Below, piece by piece: positions 26,801-38,870 of a DNA stretch of 64,000 nucleotides. Made by a program: the position numbers and the translations under genes. The stretch spans positions 3,720,001-3,784,000 of the forward strand of contig NC_045138.2 of assembly GCF_008831285.2 (NCBI RefSeq). Direction: 5' to 3'. The notes beneath the pieces were generated by a model that saw only the letters and a program-made list of their open reading frames with translations, was not told the origin of the DNA and searched no databases. Numbering within the stretch: position 1 is the first letter of the stretch; each line of letters opens with the position of its first letter. The DNA comes from Nymphaea colorata. Lineage: Eukaryota.

Positions 26801-29800
26801 TGGGTTACTTTCTGCCCGAGTAATCTTGGATATTAAGAGATTAAGTTTTTGTCTCTCGTGATATTCTTGTTTCTGTCATATTAAGACAGATTTGAGTTGT
26901 AAGTTGTCCCATCATGCATAGTCGTGAATTATTTTTTCTGCTCATTTTGCTGATATAGAGTATCGAGCTTGAGTTTTGAAGAGTAAGTCTGACTTGTGTC
27001 ATACAACTCAGTGTTGATCGAATCGTCTTTTACTGTATTGTTTGGCTCAGGAGATATAAAAAGGTGGCAGAAATCAGAGCAGATTTGAGACCATAATTTT
27101 TTTTTTTTCATTCTCCCTCACGTATGCTTTCAGATGTTGATATTCTAAGTTGTGTGGTTCATATGTGGCACTGATTTCCTATTTTTGCCATAGATTATTA
27201 AGTGCCATCTGATCATAATTATTGTTGTTCCTCCACTTCTGTACAATATTCAGTCTCTATTAAACTGCTAATGTGTGAACACTGTGGGGGAGTCTAAAGC
27301 CGATCAAAACACTGAGGTTACTGCAGATTATAAGGCGTCCATTAAAGCATTTTTCTTGTGGCTCTTCGATGAAGTTAGATGGTAATAACTATGAACTGAT
27401 CTAAGACATTTATGATGTCAGTTTCTGCGCATCAATGAAAGCACATCCTGCTTGAACCTGAATCCGAGAAGAAGGCAATCAAGTATGCTACGTGGGTGGA
27501 AGATAACGGCATAGTTATGTCGTGGATTATGTATTGATGCAAGTTCCGCTTGCAGAAACGGCAATCCGAACCTTCAAAGTAGATGAAAAGATGCGATACG
27601 ACAAAAAAAGCAAAAGAAAAAGACAAAGCATTAAAGAAACAATAAAATTTTCTTTTAACTTCTTCAACTGTCTACAAAATAAGTCGTCACCCATATATAT
27701 AGACCAAAGAAAGTAACGGGTTAGGTTCTGAACATATACCCTGAATCCGAATGGATCCAAACAGATACAAACTGAACATAAGTACAAAATAGATCCCAAA
27801 ACAATATATAATCCAAAATCACATTTCAAGTAGTCTAAGATGACGAAGGGCTAGATGAGCGTCGTGGTTGTCCCTTTGTATGCCTCGAGTATCTACGCAG
27901 AGGCACCTCATCTCGACTGTATTCCAAATCTGCAAGGGATTCCACGGCTGAAGTCTCATGATCAACACTGGAGCGCGAAGATGAGACATGAGGCATGGAA
28001 CTAGAACCGGGTACATGATGGGTCTGGTCCTGCTCTACATCATTCTCTCCTGGTTGGAGAGAAGTTGTCTCCAACAAATCATTGTCACTAGGGTAGAGAA
28101 ACAAATCAGGAACATTGAAAATTGGTGAAATTGACCAAGCATCGAGAAGCTCAGCAGATAAGCATTTGTTCATAGACGACAAAGGATGTGGAAAAGACCT
28201 TATTTCCTTGGACTTAACTTATTATAGGTACCGACATGACATCGTTCAGGTCGAAAGTAGACCCAGACTTGTTGACCTACTTCAAAGTTGACATCTCGAC
28301 GACCCCGATCAACAAGGGACTTATAGCTCTCCTAGAACTTCTATTTAACCTGATTATGGATATCACAAATATACTCAATAGCATCAAATGTTGCCGCTGC
28401 GTATTCTCCAACACTTGGTACTGGGGATAAATCAACAACATGGTTCGGGGACCGATCATATACCACTTGGAAAGGAGTCTTCTCAGTGGACAGTTGACTG
28501 AGTTGTTATATGCAAACTCAGCTTATGGTAGCACCAAGTCCCAGGTTTTGGTGTTCTCCACTACAAGATAAGTAAGTTTCCTAGAATTCGATTGACTACC
28601 TCAGTTTGGCCATTAGTCTGAGGGTGGTAAGCGCTACTAAGCTGAAGTTTAGTATTTAACAGAGACCATAGTGAACACCAGAAATGACTCAAAAACCTCG
28701 TATCTCGATCCGATGTGATTGAATGAAGAAGTCCATGAAACTGTGCCACATCTTTGAAATAGTAAGAGGCAACTAATGACGCATCTGTCGTCCGCTTGCA
28801 AGTAACAAAAATGGCCATTTTTGAAAATCTGTCTACAACCACCATGATTGAGTCTACTCCTCGAATAGTCTTGGGAAGTTCAATAATGAAATCCATAGAA
28901 ACATGCTCCCATGGTCGATCCGAAATAGGTAGAGGAGTATACAACCCAGTGTTGTACGTATCGTACGATACGGGGCCGTATCGTACGATACGTATCGTAT
29001 CGTTTGCAAAATACGATACGATACACCCCCTGTATCGCAAATGGGGGTGTATCGTACGATACGTGCGATACGGGCCCCCGTATCGTACGATAAGGTGCGA
29101 TACGGCCCGTATCGTACGATACGGGCTGATTTCTAAAAAGGAGACTTGAACCCCATTTTTTCGAGTTTTTTTTATAAAAACCCACCCCTTCCTCATTTCT
29201 AATCTATAGATTGTACCGTTTTAGAGGGAAATCATTGATTTCCATTGTGAAATCATCGATTGTCACCGTGAAATCATCTATTAAACCATGGATTTGTGCA
29301 TGGGTGGCTGATTCCCATTGAGAGGAAATGGTTTTTTTTTAAACCATGAAGATAATGATGAAAAAGAATGATATTGTTATGAATTTTGATGTCTATGAAG
29401 TATGAATGATGAACCATGAACGTGTAAGTTTATAGCATTTAGCAAAATAATAAGTCTATCATTATCTAAAAGACTAAACCATGTTTTCTATGAAGAATTT
29501 ATTATTTTTAATTTTTTCTGATTTTTTATGAATTTTTTGATTTTTTTAAATTTTTTCTGATTTATTATTATTATTATTTTAAAATTTACGATACGGTTAC
29601 GATATGTTACGATACGGCGTATCTTAAAGCCCGACCGATACGCCTTACGATACGCTTTTTACAACATTGATACAACCCACTGTTTTTTTACTATGCCCCT
29701 TTGCAATTTGGCAAGTACGACAACATTGAACAAACTTAACAACATTCTTTTTCATCTTGGGCTAATAGTAGCGTTCATCCATCAAGGAATATGTCTTTTC

Positions 29801-32800
29801 CTGACCAAAATGTCTCCCCTTTATCATGAAGCTCAGCGATAAGTTGTAATCTTAATGAGTATTGAGGAATACACAACTTATTTCCATGGAAGAGGTAGCC
29901 ATTATGAATGTAAAATTTGGAGTCCATTGTCTGAGATGCAATGGAACACTCAGCCCAAATGTGGCTGAAATCTAGATCAACATGATGCATGTCTTTATAG
30001 TTTTCAAACCCGACACATGTTTTTACAACTTTCAAACCCGACTACCTCCATAGACATAGGCATTAGGAGTACAAGCTGATCCATATAAAGTGCAAACTAT
30101 CGTGGATTGGCCAACGCCGAAAATAGTAGGCAATATAAGGAGTTTTCATGGTCTAGCCACTTTCTACCGAAGAGTCATCTGAAACTTCAGTACCATCATG
30201 GCTCCTATCACATAGTGTCTCAAGGGTGAGACTTTTAGGTGGACTCCAGCAGCCGAGGATGCCTCTTCCACTATCAAGGATCATATGACTCATGCCCCAA
30301 TACTAGCTTTACCATACTTCACTAAAGTATTCGAGGTACAATGTGATGCTTCCAAGGTTGGGACTGGAGCCGTGCTTAGTCAAAACAAGAGACCCGTCGC
30401 TTTCTGTAGCGAGAAGCTAAACTGAGCAAAATGTCAGTATTCTACCTATGACTTGGAATTCTATCATGTCGTGCGGGCGTTTCAGTATTAAAGACACTAT
30501 TCAATCTACAAAGAATTTGTTCTCTATAGAGATCATGGGCAATTTAAGTATCTCCACAGCCAAAAGAAATTGAGTGCTCGCCATGTCAAGTGGATCAATT
30601 TCCTGGAAGAATATACCTTCTCCATTCGTCATCAATCAAGAAAGCTTAATAGAGTTGTGGCCGCCCTCAGTAGAAAGAACAACCTCATGATGTTCATGTC
30701 TGTGGAGGTAGTTAGATTTGAAAGCTGTAAAGACATCTATCATGCTGACCTGGATTTCAGCCACATTTGGTCCAAGTGTTCTACTGCATTTCAATTGATG
30801 GATTCTAAATTTTCCATTCACAATGGCTACCTTTTCCACGTGAATAAGTTCTATATCCCTCAATACTCACTAGGATTACAACTTATCGGGAAGCTCCATG
30901 GGGATGTACTGTCGAGACATTTTGGGCAAGATAAGACATATTCCTTGGTGGATGAATGCTACTATTGGCCCAAGTTGAGAAAGGATGTTAAGTTTGTTAA
31001 ATGTTGCTGTATGCCAAATTGGACATAGTCAAAACAGTGGGTTGTATACTCCTTTACCTATTCCAGGCCTTGGGAGCATGTTTCCATGGATTTCATTGTT
31101 GGACTTCCCAAGAGTGTCTATGAAGTAGATTCAATTATGGTAGTTGCAAATAGATTCTCGAAAATGACCGTTTCATTCCTTGCAAGCGGACAACGGATGC
31201 GTCACTGGTTGTCTCTTCCTATTTCAAAGATGTGGCATGGTTTCATAGACTTCCTCGTTCAATCAAATCGAGATACAAGATTTTTTATACATTTTTGACG
31301 TTCACTATGATCTATGCTAAATACTAAACTTCAGTTCAGTAGTGCTTCCCATCCTTAGACCACCGATGGCCAAACCGATGTAGTCAATACAATGCTAAGA
31401 AACCTACTTAGGTGTCTTGTAGGAGAGAGCACAAAAACCTGAGACTTAGTGCTACCACAAGCTGAGTTTGCGTATAACAACTCAGTCAACCATTCTATTG
31501 GGAAGACTTCTTTTCAAGTGGTATATAGTCAGTCCCCGAACCATGTTGTCGATTTATCCCCAGTACCCGGTGCTAGAGAACACACTCCAGTAGCACTTGA
31601 TGCTATTGAGTATATGTGTGAAGTCCATAGTCAAGTGAAATAGAAGCTTCAAGAGAGTTATGAAACCTACAAGTCCCTTGTTGATCAGAGTCATCGAGAT
31701 GTCAACTTTAAAATAGGTCAACAAACCTGGGTCTACCTGCAACCTGAACAATGTCATGTCGGTACCTATAGTAAGTTGAGTCCTAAGAAATACAACCTTT
31801 TTCGCATCTGTCATCATCTAGGAACAAATGCTTATATGCTTGAGCTTCCTGAAGATTGGCAAATTTCGCCGATCTTCAATGTTTCTGATCTGTTTCCCTA
31901 CTCTGGTGATAATGATTCATCGAAGACGACATCTCTCCAACTAGGGGAGAAGGATGCAAAGCAGGACCAAGCCCATCACTCTCCCGGTTCAAGTTCCTCG
32001 CCTCAGGGTCCCACCTTCGTGCTTGAGTGCAGATCATGAGTCTTTAGCTGTGGAATTCCCTGTGGATCTAGAGCATAGTCGAGATGAGGTGCCCCTGCGT
32101 AGATACTCGAGGCATGCCAAGGGTTGAATTGTGATTTTGGTTATATATATATTGTTTTGAGAACCATTTTGTAATTACGTTCAGTTTGTATCTGTGTGGA
32201 TCCATTCAGATTCGGGGTACTCGTTCAGGACCCGACCCGTTACTTTCTCTCATCCATATAAATGGACGACGACTTATTTTGTAGAGGATACCTTGAAGTT
32301 AAAGAAGAAGTAAATGTTCCTTTCGTTGTTTGTTTGTTCCTTTATTTGTCGCTTAGCGTATTTACTTTTGCTTTCGAAAGTTCTGATTGTCGCTTCTGCA
32401 AGCTGAGCTTGCATCAGAAAATCTCTAGCATTCATGTTTCAACTAGAGAGCAAACCATAGATATGTTTACCTAGTCATTAGCTATACATGGGTTTTTAAA
32501 ATATTCTAACAAGCTAAGCATGATAGATAGATATATGCTCTAGCTCGGCAGGTGTGGATGGGGGGGGAGGTGTTGAGAAAATAATAAGATTTCAATCAGG
32601 TGGTTATTGGAATTTTAGAAAGTATAGATGAGTAGTGTTTAATATTTTCATGTTATTATATGGACTTATATGTAATGCTTCCACCCCCTAATCTCTATTT
32701 TAAGAGATTAGGGTTATTCTAATGACATGATTTTTCTCTCTCTCGACCTGTTGACTGCAACAATTGTCATCCTACATTAGTATAAGTTTTCAGTTAGGTA

Positions 32801-35800
32801 GTTTATATTTTTTAAAAGAAAATGTCCCATTTTAAAATCATTATTTTCTTTTGACATTTCCATCATTCTTTTTTTTTTTGTGACCCTAAATTTACTTAGG
32901 ACACTACATACAAATAGGGAAACACCACCAATTTGAACTATTTTAAAATTATAAAAAAATTGAAATCCTAAACAATAAAAAGTTAACTGCCAATGTCCAG
33001 TACTAATTAAGATCTATGGACATGCTTGAAATTGAACATCTCAAAATTTTTAGTTGTTTGATTTAACATTAAGAGTTCCATTTCCTATATTGTATGTCAT
33101 GATTTTTCTTTTTTTTTTTTTACCTTATTAGTTGATAACCACTTTAAGCACATGATAAGACCCAGATAAAGATCAACTGCTTAAAATCCAATTGGCTTAG
33201 GCATGGGCTTCAGCTGTCAGATGTGCAGTCACTATCAAACTCCCATGAATGTTGCTCTCCACATTAGCCGAAGTTTTTAGCTATTCCTCTAGAGACCCAA
33301 AGAATGCTGCTTCCAGAGTTCAGATCCAAGGTTTCTCCTCAAACTTCTTTTTCAGGAAAAGAGAGGTGGTGGAGGAGGGAAGGGGGAAGTCTGACGACCA
33401 TGACCATGCAAACCAATCAATAAAGCCAACTTTATCATATGAAACTACAGACAAGTCCATCTTAATATAACAAAGTGGATAATCTTCTTCAAAGAAGTTA
33501 TTCATGGAAATTTAGAATTCACACTCAACTGAGGTGGCTCAGTAAGATAACAAACACACCCATGTGTGTTGCATGTGTTTGTGTTTCTACATTTTATGTG
33601 TAATGCCATGCAGGCATGGCGAATTACCTTTTCTGAACTTCAGGTGAGCAAAAATGGGTCCTGTCATAGTCCAACCCACACTCGCCCACAGCCACCACCT
33701 GACAAAGAGCAGCATGAGCACATGGCTTTGATGAAATAAAATACCAAGATGTCTACTTTAAAATCCTCAAACAAACAGGAAAGTGCAAACAAAATTAGGT
33801 AGTAAAATGTACATGGTCGATTATTTTATAGAGATGAGAAAGTATATAAACAATATGAATTTATTTCATAAAGAAAAGAAGGCACATTAAGGTTAATTGT
33901 TCCGGGTGAGCGAGAGGTATTAATCCCACCACCCGAAAAAGGCCAGAAGGCCCCCCCATTCCCCCTGCCTCCGGGGTCCTGAGCTGCATCGGTGTCAGCG
34001 ATAGCAACCGTGCACCCTTCAACTTGGATGCTGCGCTCTACCACCTTAAGACACAGGAACATAGCGCTCACGGGAATCGAACTAGAGACATGCCTTTATA
34101 CAGACCCCTAGCTCGACCAACTACGCTACGCCCCTTGAGACACATTAAGGTTAATTGTTGGTTTAATCACAACACAAGGAAATTCTCCAATATAGAGCCC
34201 AAAAAAGAAATCTGATATTACAAAACCGGCTTTGATAGTGTTGTGAAAGAACTGTTGTTGGCTGCTTTCAAAGGTTCAAACTTCAAGGGAATGATCAAGG
34301 GCTACGGTACATTGACCTTGGGTAGTAACCCATGTTACACCTGATGTCAGTAAGCTCTTAAACCCAATTCTTTCTTTTGGTAAGACAGTATAGTTGGACA
34401 CAATTGGACAGTAAGAATGAAAAGAAACATGTCGACATGCCTTGTCCGTTCCTGAAAAATGTGCATAAACAAAGTGTGTTTCTATGAAAATGCCTATCCT
34501 TTCTTCCTTTCTTTTCTCAAACAGAGCTCCATGACCGCACTCTTCTTTCAGCTTCCATGCAAGCTGGTTGCCATGGCCTGCTCTCTCTCTCTCTCTCTCT
34601 CCTGTCAACACAATCCAATGACTCGAGTTGCTGCACTAAAGTGTGTCAGCTGCGGGACATTAAAAGGGGCATAGGAACACTTAATTGTAAATAGTTGAAA
34701 AAGGTAGGATGTTAATAAGGTGGGATTCTCGTAGGTTGACCCATACACTGTCACCACATATAAAAGTTGATGATCCATGTTAACTGGGCTGTATAGGAAA
34801 GTAATGAGAATTTTATCCCTTGCTGGGCTAGAGATCTCCCCTAACTGGGTTCTATTTTTCTCTCTTAACTCTCTGGAGTCTTCCTGATAACCTGCTGGGG
34901 AGGGAATGAAAGACCATCACTAACAAAGTGTACATACATCTCAAAAACGTTGCAGAACACTCAATCTTAACAGGCATTGTTGGTTTAAGTTGTGCCAATA
35001 TCGATGAATAACAAAGAAACATGATCATCGCATTTCAAACTTCACATTTATAAATTATTCTTCAGATCCAAGCATGCCTACGTTGTCCGCTTACATACCT
35101 TGCCTTTTTCAGCTCCTTGTCTAGCCAATGAGAGAAGTTCCTGAAAGTGAAGTTCGGGGTCACCGCTTTCTTCAAATTCCTGACATAGAGAAAAAGAGTT
35201 TGGGCTTTAATGAGACAATGTCTGCGTTCCGCATTGAAAAGCATATTGCAAGAGTTTATCTGCAAACCATGCATCTGGTTGGATGCACCCCGACCGTACA
35301 GAAAAGGCGCCCTGCAATGGTGAAAAATATGGAAGCTTTAGCATTCTATAATCCCTATTCACTTAAGGTTTGTCCTAGTCGAGTCTCAAAAACTAAAATA
35401 GGGTGCGGAACTTCGAAGAAAGACGCTGGAGGACATAAATGAAGGGGCAGTGGAACAAAAGGTGATTGGTATAGAATCTATAGGGCACTGATGGAAGAAC
35501 TCGTTAAAACACCCGCACTCAAAGATGAGCAGTCAAGCATCACGCATACCATCCGTTTCAGCAATCGCCAACGCCTCCCTGGACTCTTGAAGCGATCCTC
35601 CAGTCACCTTAATGAGCAAATTAGAAGCGCGCTAAGATTTTTCTGGAGAGGAACATTGAAGGATGAACTATAATTGTTACAGATACTTCCTACTGAAAAT
35701 GGCTGTTACGCCAAATCACTCACAATTATCCGATCAACCCCTGCATTCCATGCCCTTTGCAGCACAACGGGAAGATCAGCAGCATGACACCTCCTGTTAT

Positions 35801-36119
35801 TGTAAATTCCCTTGAACATGCCATCTAGCAGATGAACACTTCAGGACATCAGTTACCTCGCTAGTCGCCATGTTGGAAATGTGCAAAACCGTATATAGTG
35901 TTGCGCGGAGAGAGAGAAAGACAGAGGGAGGGAAATGGGGACAATGAATCAGAGAGAGCTTACCGGTAAAATTAACAGCTATATCTGCTTAAACGCCATG
36001 GAATTTGCATTAGCAGCCACTCATAAAACATAGCAACACCAAACAAAATGAATTAAAAAAAAAAAACTATTTGCAAATGCATAGCAAAATCACATGCCTA
36101 TCATCCTTAGACCAGCCAT
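17828..36119 (-). CDS. TATDN1: TatD-family deoxyribonuclease (TATDN1-like), 12 coding exons
   Basis: Exons: 36119-36098 (GC donor), 35984-35964, 35824-35724, 35607-35550, 35311-35268, 35179-35099, 33698-33628, 24223-24113, 23968-23886, 21104-20888, 20408-20325, 17888-17828. Protein: MAGLRMIDIAVNFTDGMF...TVGVHPT...[10 protein letters not shown]...LPMFLHMR...GVAHSFTG...IETDSPYC...RNEP...RVFFPQDLD. The E/H/H/D metal-ligand motifs are intact. Confidence 0.93.
20781..20883. repeat. Compound microsatellite (CA)n-(TG)n-(TA)n-(GA)n next to the TatD exon 10 donor
   Basis: Dinucleotide runs are directly visible and end a few bp from the donor at 20886-20887. Confidence 0.9.
21240..23600 (-). mobile_element. 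3'-truncated, decayed Ty1/Copia LTR retrotransposon in TatD intron 9
   Basis: 5' LTR 23325 to ~23600 (outer end approximate). PBS TGGTATCAGAG (tRNA-iMet) at 23314-23324. Frameshifted gag from ATG 23089 ([13 protein letters not shown], zinc knuckle [14 protein letters not shown]). Protease remnant WYVDF*. GAG-pre-integrase WHGRLTH and integrase start [23 protein letters not shown], RNase H and the 3' LTR are absent. Confidence 0.88.
27535..30057 (-). mobile_element. CRM-clade Ty3/Gypsy 3' fragment (integrase plus 3' LTR 27535-28042), minus orientation
   Basis: Integrase core [10 protein letters not shown]...[12 protein letters not shown]...[12 protein letters not shown]...[18 protein letters not shown]-terminus [10 protein letters not shown]...[10 protein letters not shown] reads through the PPT into the LTR. 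LTR termini are TGATG...CATCA, typical of CRM elements. Confidence 0.85.
28947..29669. mobile_element. Non-autonomous hAT-type element (MITE-like) inserted into the Gypsy integrase
   Basis: TIRs CAGTGTTGTA / TACAACATTG. Perfect 8-bp TSD ATACAACC (28939-28946, 29670-29677). Dense subterminal CGATAC/GTATCG repeats at both ends. Confidence 0.9.
30058..32416 (+). mobile_element. CRM-clade Ty3/Gypsy 3' fragment (RT connection, RNase H, integrase, 3' LTR 31952-32416), plus orientation
   Basis: Decayed motifs [42 protein letters not shown]...[45 protein letters not shown]...[10 protein letters not shown]. The LTR ends in CATCA. Many stops and frameshifts. Confidence 0.88.
33902..34140 (-). mobile_element. 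tRNA-derived SINE in TatD intron 6
   Basis: The minus strand begins TCTCAAGGGGCGTAGCGTAGTTGG (A-box-like) and later has GTTCGATTCCC (B-box). It is flanked by a 19-bp direct repeat CACATTAAGGTTAATTGTT (33883-33901, 34141-34159). Confidence 0.8.
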
Positions 36120-36616
36120 CCCCCCTTCTCCACTGCAAGCAAGGAGAACGATGATGACCGGCGAAAGCACCTCCTAGGGGCGAACCAATGTCTTGTAACC
36201 GCAAATCACTGACTGTTGTCGGTTGCCATATTTTCGTGACAGGCACATGAAAAGCCACTGTAACTCTTAGCCCCAAAACCAAAGAGAGGGGGAGTGGGAG
36301 CGGGAGCATGCGAAACCAGGATAATAATAGGAAAAAAAACGAAGGTGGGTGGTGAAAACAAATAAGCTGACCACGAGGCAAGAACCAAAGAAGCGGCGAA
36401 ACGTCACAGGACGTTGGATTTCCGTTTTCGGAACGTCAGGAACAGGGACGTCTTTGGAAGGAACGAACATTTTCAAACGCCATTTGCCAAAATGACGCCC
36501 ATTCGGCGTTTGCGTGGGAACTTCGTCAGCTGCCTTTAGTCATTGCTTTATCCTTCTTTCCTTTGATTGACTCTGCATTCGATTCAAAATTCAATGGTAA
36601 AACAAAAATGTGAACG

Positions 36617-38870
36617 TCAAATTATGTAGTTATGGTTCAACCCATGAAGAAGATCCTGCCCCCATTGATTGGGATAACTCAAGGAGCCTTTGTTAAGTCT
36701 AGGATGATCCACGATCAGATTGCTATGGCCAATGAGCTCGACCAACCATCTACTTACAATAGAAAAGATGGCATGTCTCAAACTTGATATCTCAAAGGCA
36801 TATGATAGAATATCTTGGAGATTCATGCAAAAGAGCCTTCTACTTCTTAGATTTTGTAGGGAGAAATTTTACTGCTACAAAGGATGTTAGGCAAGGCGAC
36901 CTGATGTCCCTCTACCTATTCATCCTAGTAATGGAAATTGCACCTAGGAATTTTAAGGGCCAAATAATGAGGAGGGTCATTCACCTCTTCCCCTCAGTTA
37001 GAGCCATGTCAGATGTCCACTTCCTAATGTTTGCAAGTGATCTCTTACTATTTAGTGTTGCTTCAATCAAATTGCTTACTAGCATCATGAGAATCTTAAA
37101 CCAATTAGAAGAGAGAGTGGACTTCATAATCGATAACTCCAAATCCTCTCAGTTTACATTTAATGTAGACACTCCTCTAGAGCAAAAGTTGGCCAACATT
37201 GGTGGCTGGCAAGTGATCAAGCTGTCCTTGTAATATCTGGGTGTTCCTCTTTTTACGGGGAACTTAAATGTGAAACATTGCGCATGGTTGATTGCTAAAT
37301 TTGAAAAGTTGGCGCCTTGAAAATCCCAACTCCTATCTTATTGAGGGCATGTGTGTCTTACCACTGATAACCTGAGCTCCATGGGTAATTTTTTGATGCA
37401 ATCTTTCTCTCTCCCATGAGATGTAGTGAAGAACCTTGAGAGATGCATGGTCGGGTTCCTTTGGGCTGATACTTAGGACAACCGGCATATTTACCAAATA
37501 GCATGGCGTTTGCTTGTGCAAGCCCCAAGCAAAAGGAGGGATTGGTATACACCTTTTCTAGGATGTTAATGACTCTCTACTAGCGACCATGCTTTGCTTT
37601 TCCCTTAATAGCAACTCCCTCTTCGCTTAGTGGTGCAGGCGAGATATCTTAAATCTAAGAGTTTGTGGACAGTGCGAAAACAAGGGAAGAACATTTGGGC
37701 TTGGAAAAGCTTAGGAAAAGACTGAGACAAGTGGATTTGGAAAGCCACGAGGCAAAAAGGTAGTCATGAAGGCTGGAAAGGGTACATGGAACCAACACAT
37801 TCTAGTTAGAGCAAGTTGAACTATTTACATGATGTGGATTTGGCAAATAGATGCCACTTATGCAAAATGAAGGAGGAGAGCAATTTGCATGTCCTGCTCA
37901 AGTGTTTGGTAGTGCAGTGGTGTGGAGCAAGGCAATTTCAAAGTTTGGCAGGAGTAGGCTCCCATGGCAAAGTATAGATAAAAAAATCCAGCTTTGGAGC
38001 AAGGTGTCTTTCAAGGCTAAATGACTTAGGAAATGTTAGATGTTGTTATTTTCAATCATGGCGTGGAAGTTGTGGTGTTTTATAAATGAAGTGGCACATG
38101 GGAGAGAGACCATACTTACGACTGAATAGATTTTCTCTACTGTTTGGTACTCAGCTATGGAGGCATTTCAAAGTTTGCAGCTAAAGGACGAGGAATGAAA
38201 CCATGTCAACTTGGTTGCTGGCTGGACTCTTGATGAGGGCAGTCTGTCAAGCTTAAACATGGAAGCCAATGTGCTTCAAATTGTCGCCCACAAGAAGGGC
38301 GTTAAAACCATGGTGATGGACATGTGGAAATTGAGAGGTATAGAATCTAGTGAGGCCCCTTTACTGGAGCTCAATATAGTGAAGATGGGGCTGAATTGCA
38401 CATGCTGAGTGGCTGGCTACAATCTATGGAGAGAGTTATGAAAATTTTGAGATCATAGCAAACAATGAAGGCCAGAAGTATAGATTCAAAGCTGTGCTGG
38501 AAGGTAGAAGGCCGATTAATAAAAAATGGCAACACATTAGGGTACTTAGTCAAAGTGTAAGGGTACTTAGCTAACTGCCCACTATGCAGGTTGGCTAGCA
38601 GATGCGTCAATACGGGGAAAGAGATGGGAGGGATGATGGCGGCTGATGCTATTTTAGCTCTACAGCTATGCTTGTGCTTAATGTCTTTTGCTTTTTAATA
38701 AGAAGCATTTACGCTTGTGGTAGTTTGGCCTTTTGGTTTTGGTTTTGGGCAGCTGAGTCATCTCTTTTTGTGACTCATGCTCAACATTTTGTATATTTTT
38801 TCCTGTACACATCTTAATTTTTCTACAATAAAAAAGGAGGGAGCCTATCTCCCAACAGCCCTCTTATTGG
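36617..38870 (+). mobile_element. Decayed 5'-truncated L1-type LINE (RT, zf-RVT and RNase H-like remnants)
   Basis: RT motifs LDISKAYDR, RQGDLMSLYLFILVME, FASDLLLF (YADD equivalent) and YLGVPL, with many stops. A- and purine-rich 3' end near 38827-38850. Boundaries are approximate and no TSD was found. Confidence 0.82.

Larger units (their letters stand above)
26145..32762 (+). mobile_element. Short-LTR Ty1/Copia element with its interior deleted, hosting nested Gypsy remnants (TatD intron 7)
   Basis: LTRs 26145-26331 and 32571-32762 (TGTTG...CAACA). TSD ATTGT at 26140-26144 and 32763-32767. PBS TGATATCAGAGCC at 26332. G-rich PPT before 32571. Gag start remnant [16 protein letters not shown] (~27484-27531) and RNase H C-terminal remnant ([13 protein letters not shown]) after 32417. 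Confidence 0.9.

Noticed and set aside
28796..29196. Y/R/D/T-rich ORFs and an apparent N-terminal extension on the integrase; superficially array-like
   Set aside because: These are subterminal CGATAC repeats of the hAT MITE (TIRs and 8-bp TSD). They are not coding and not CRISPR, since there is no constant repeat with unique spacers.
34710..34925. TGTTA...TAACA-bounded segment resembling a solo LTR
   Set aside because: The flanks (TAGGA / AAGTG) do not form a TSD and there is no second copy in the window.
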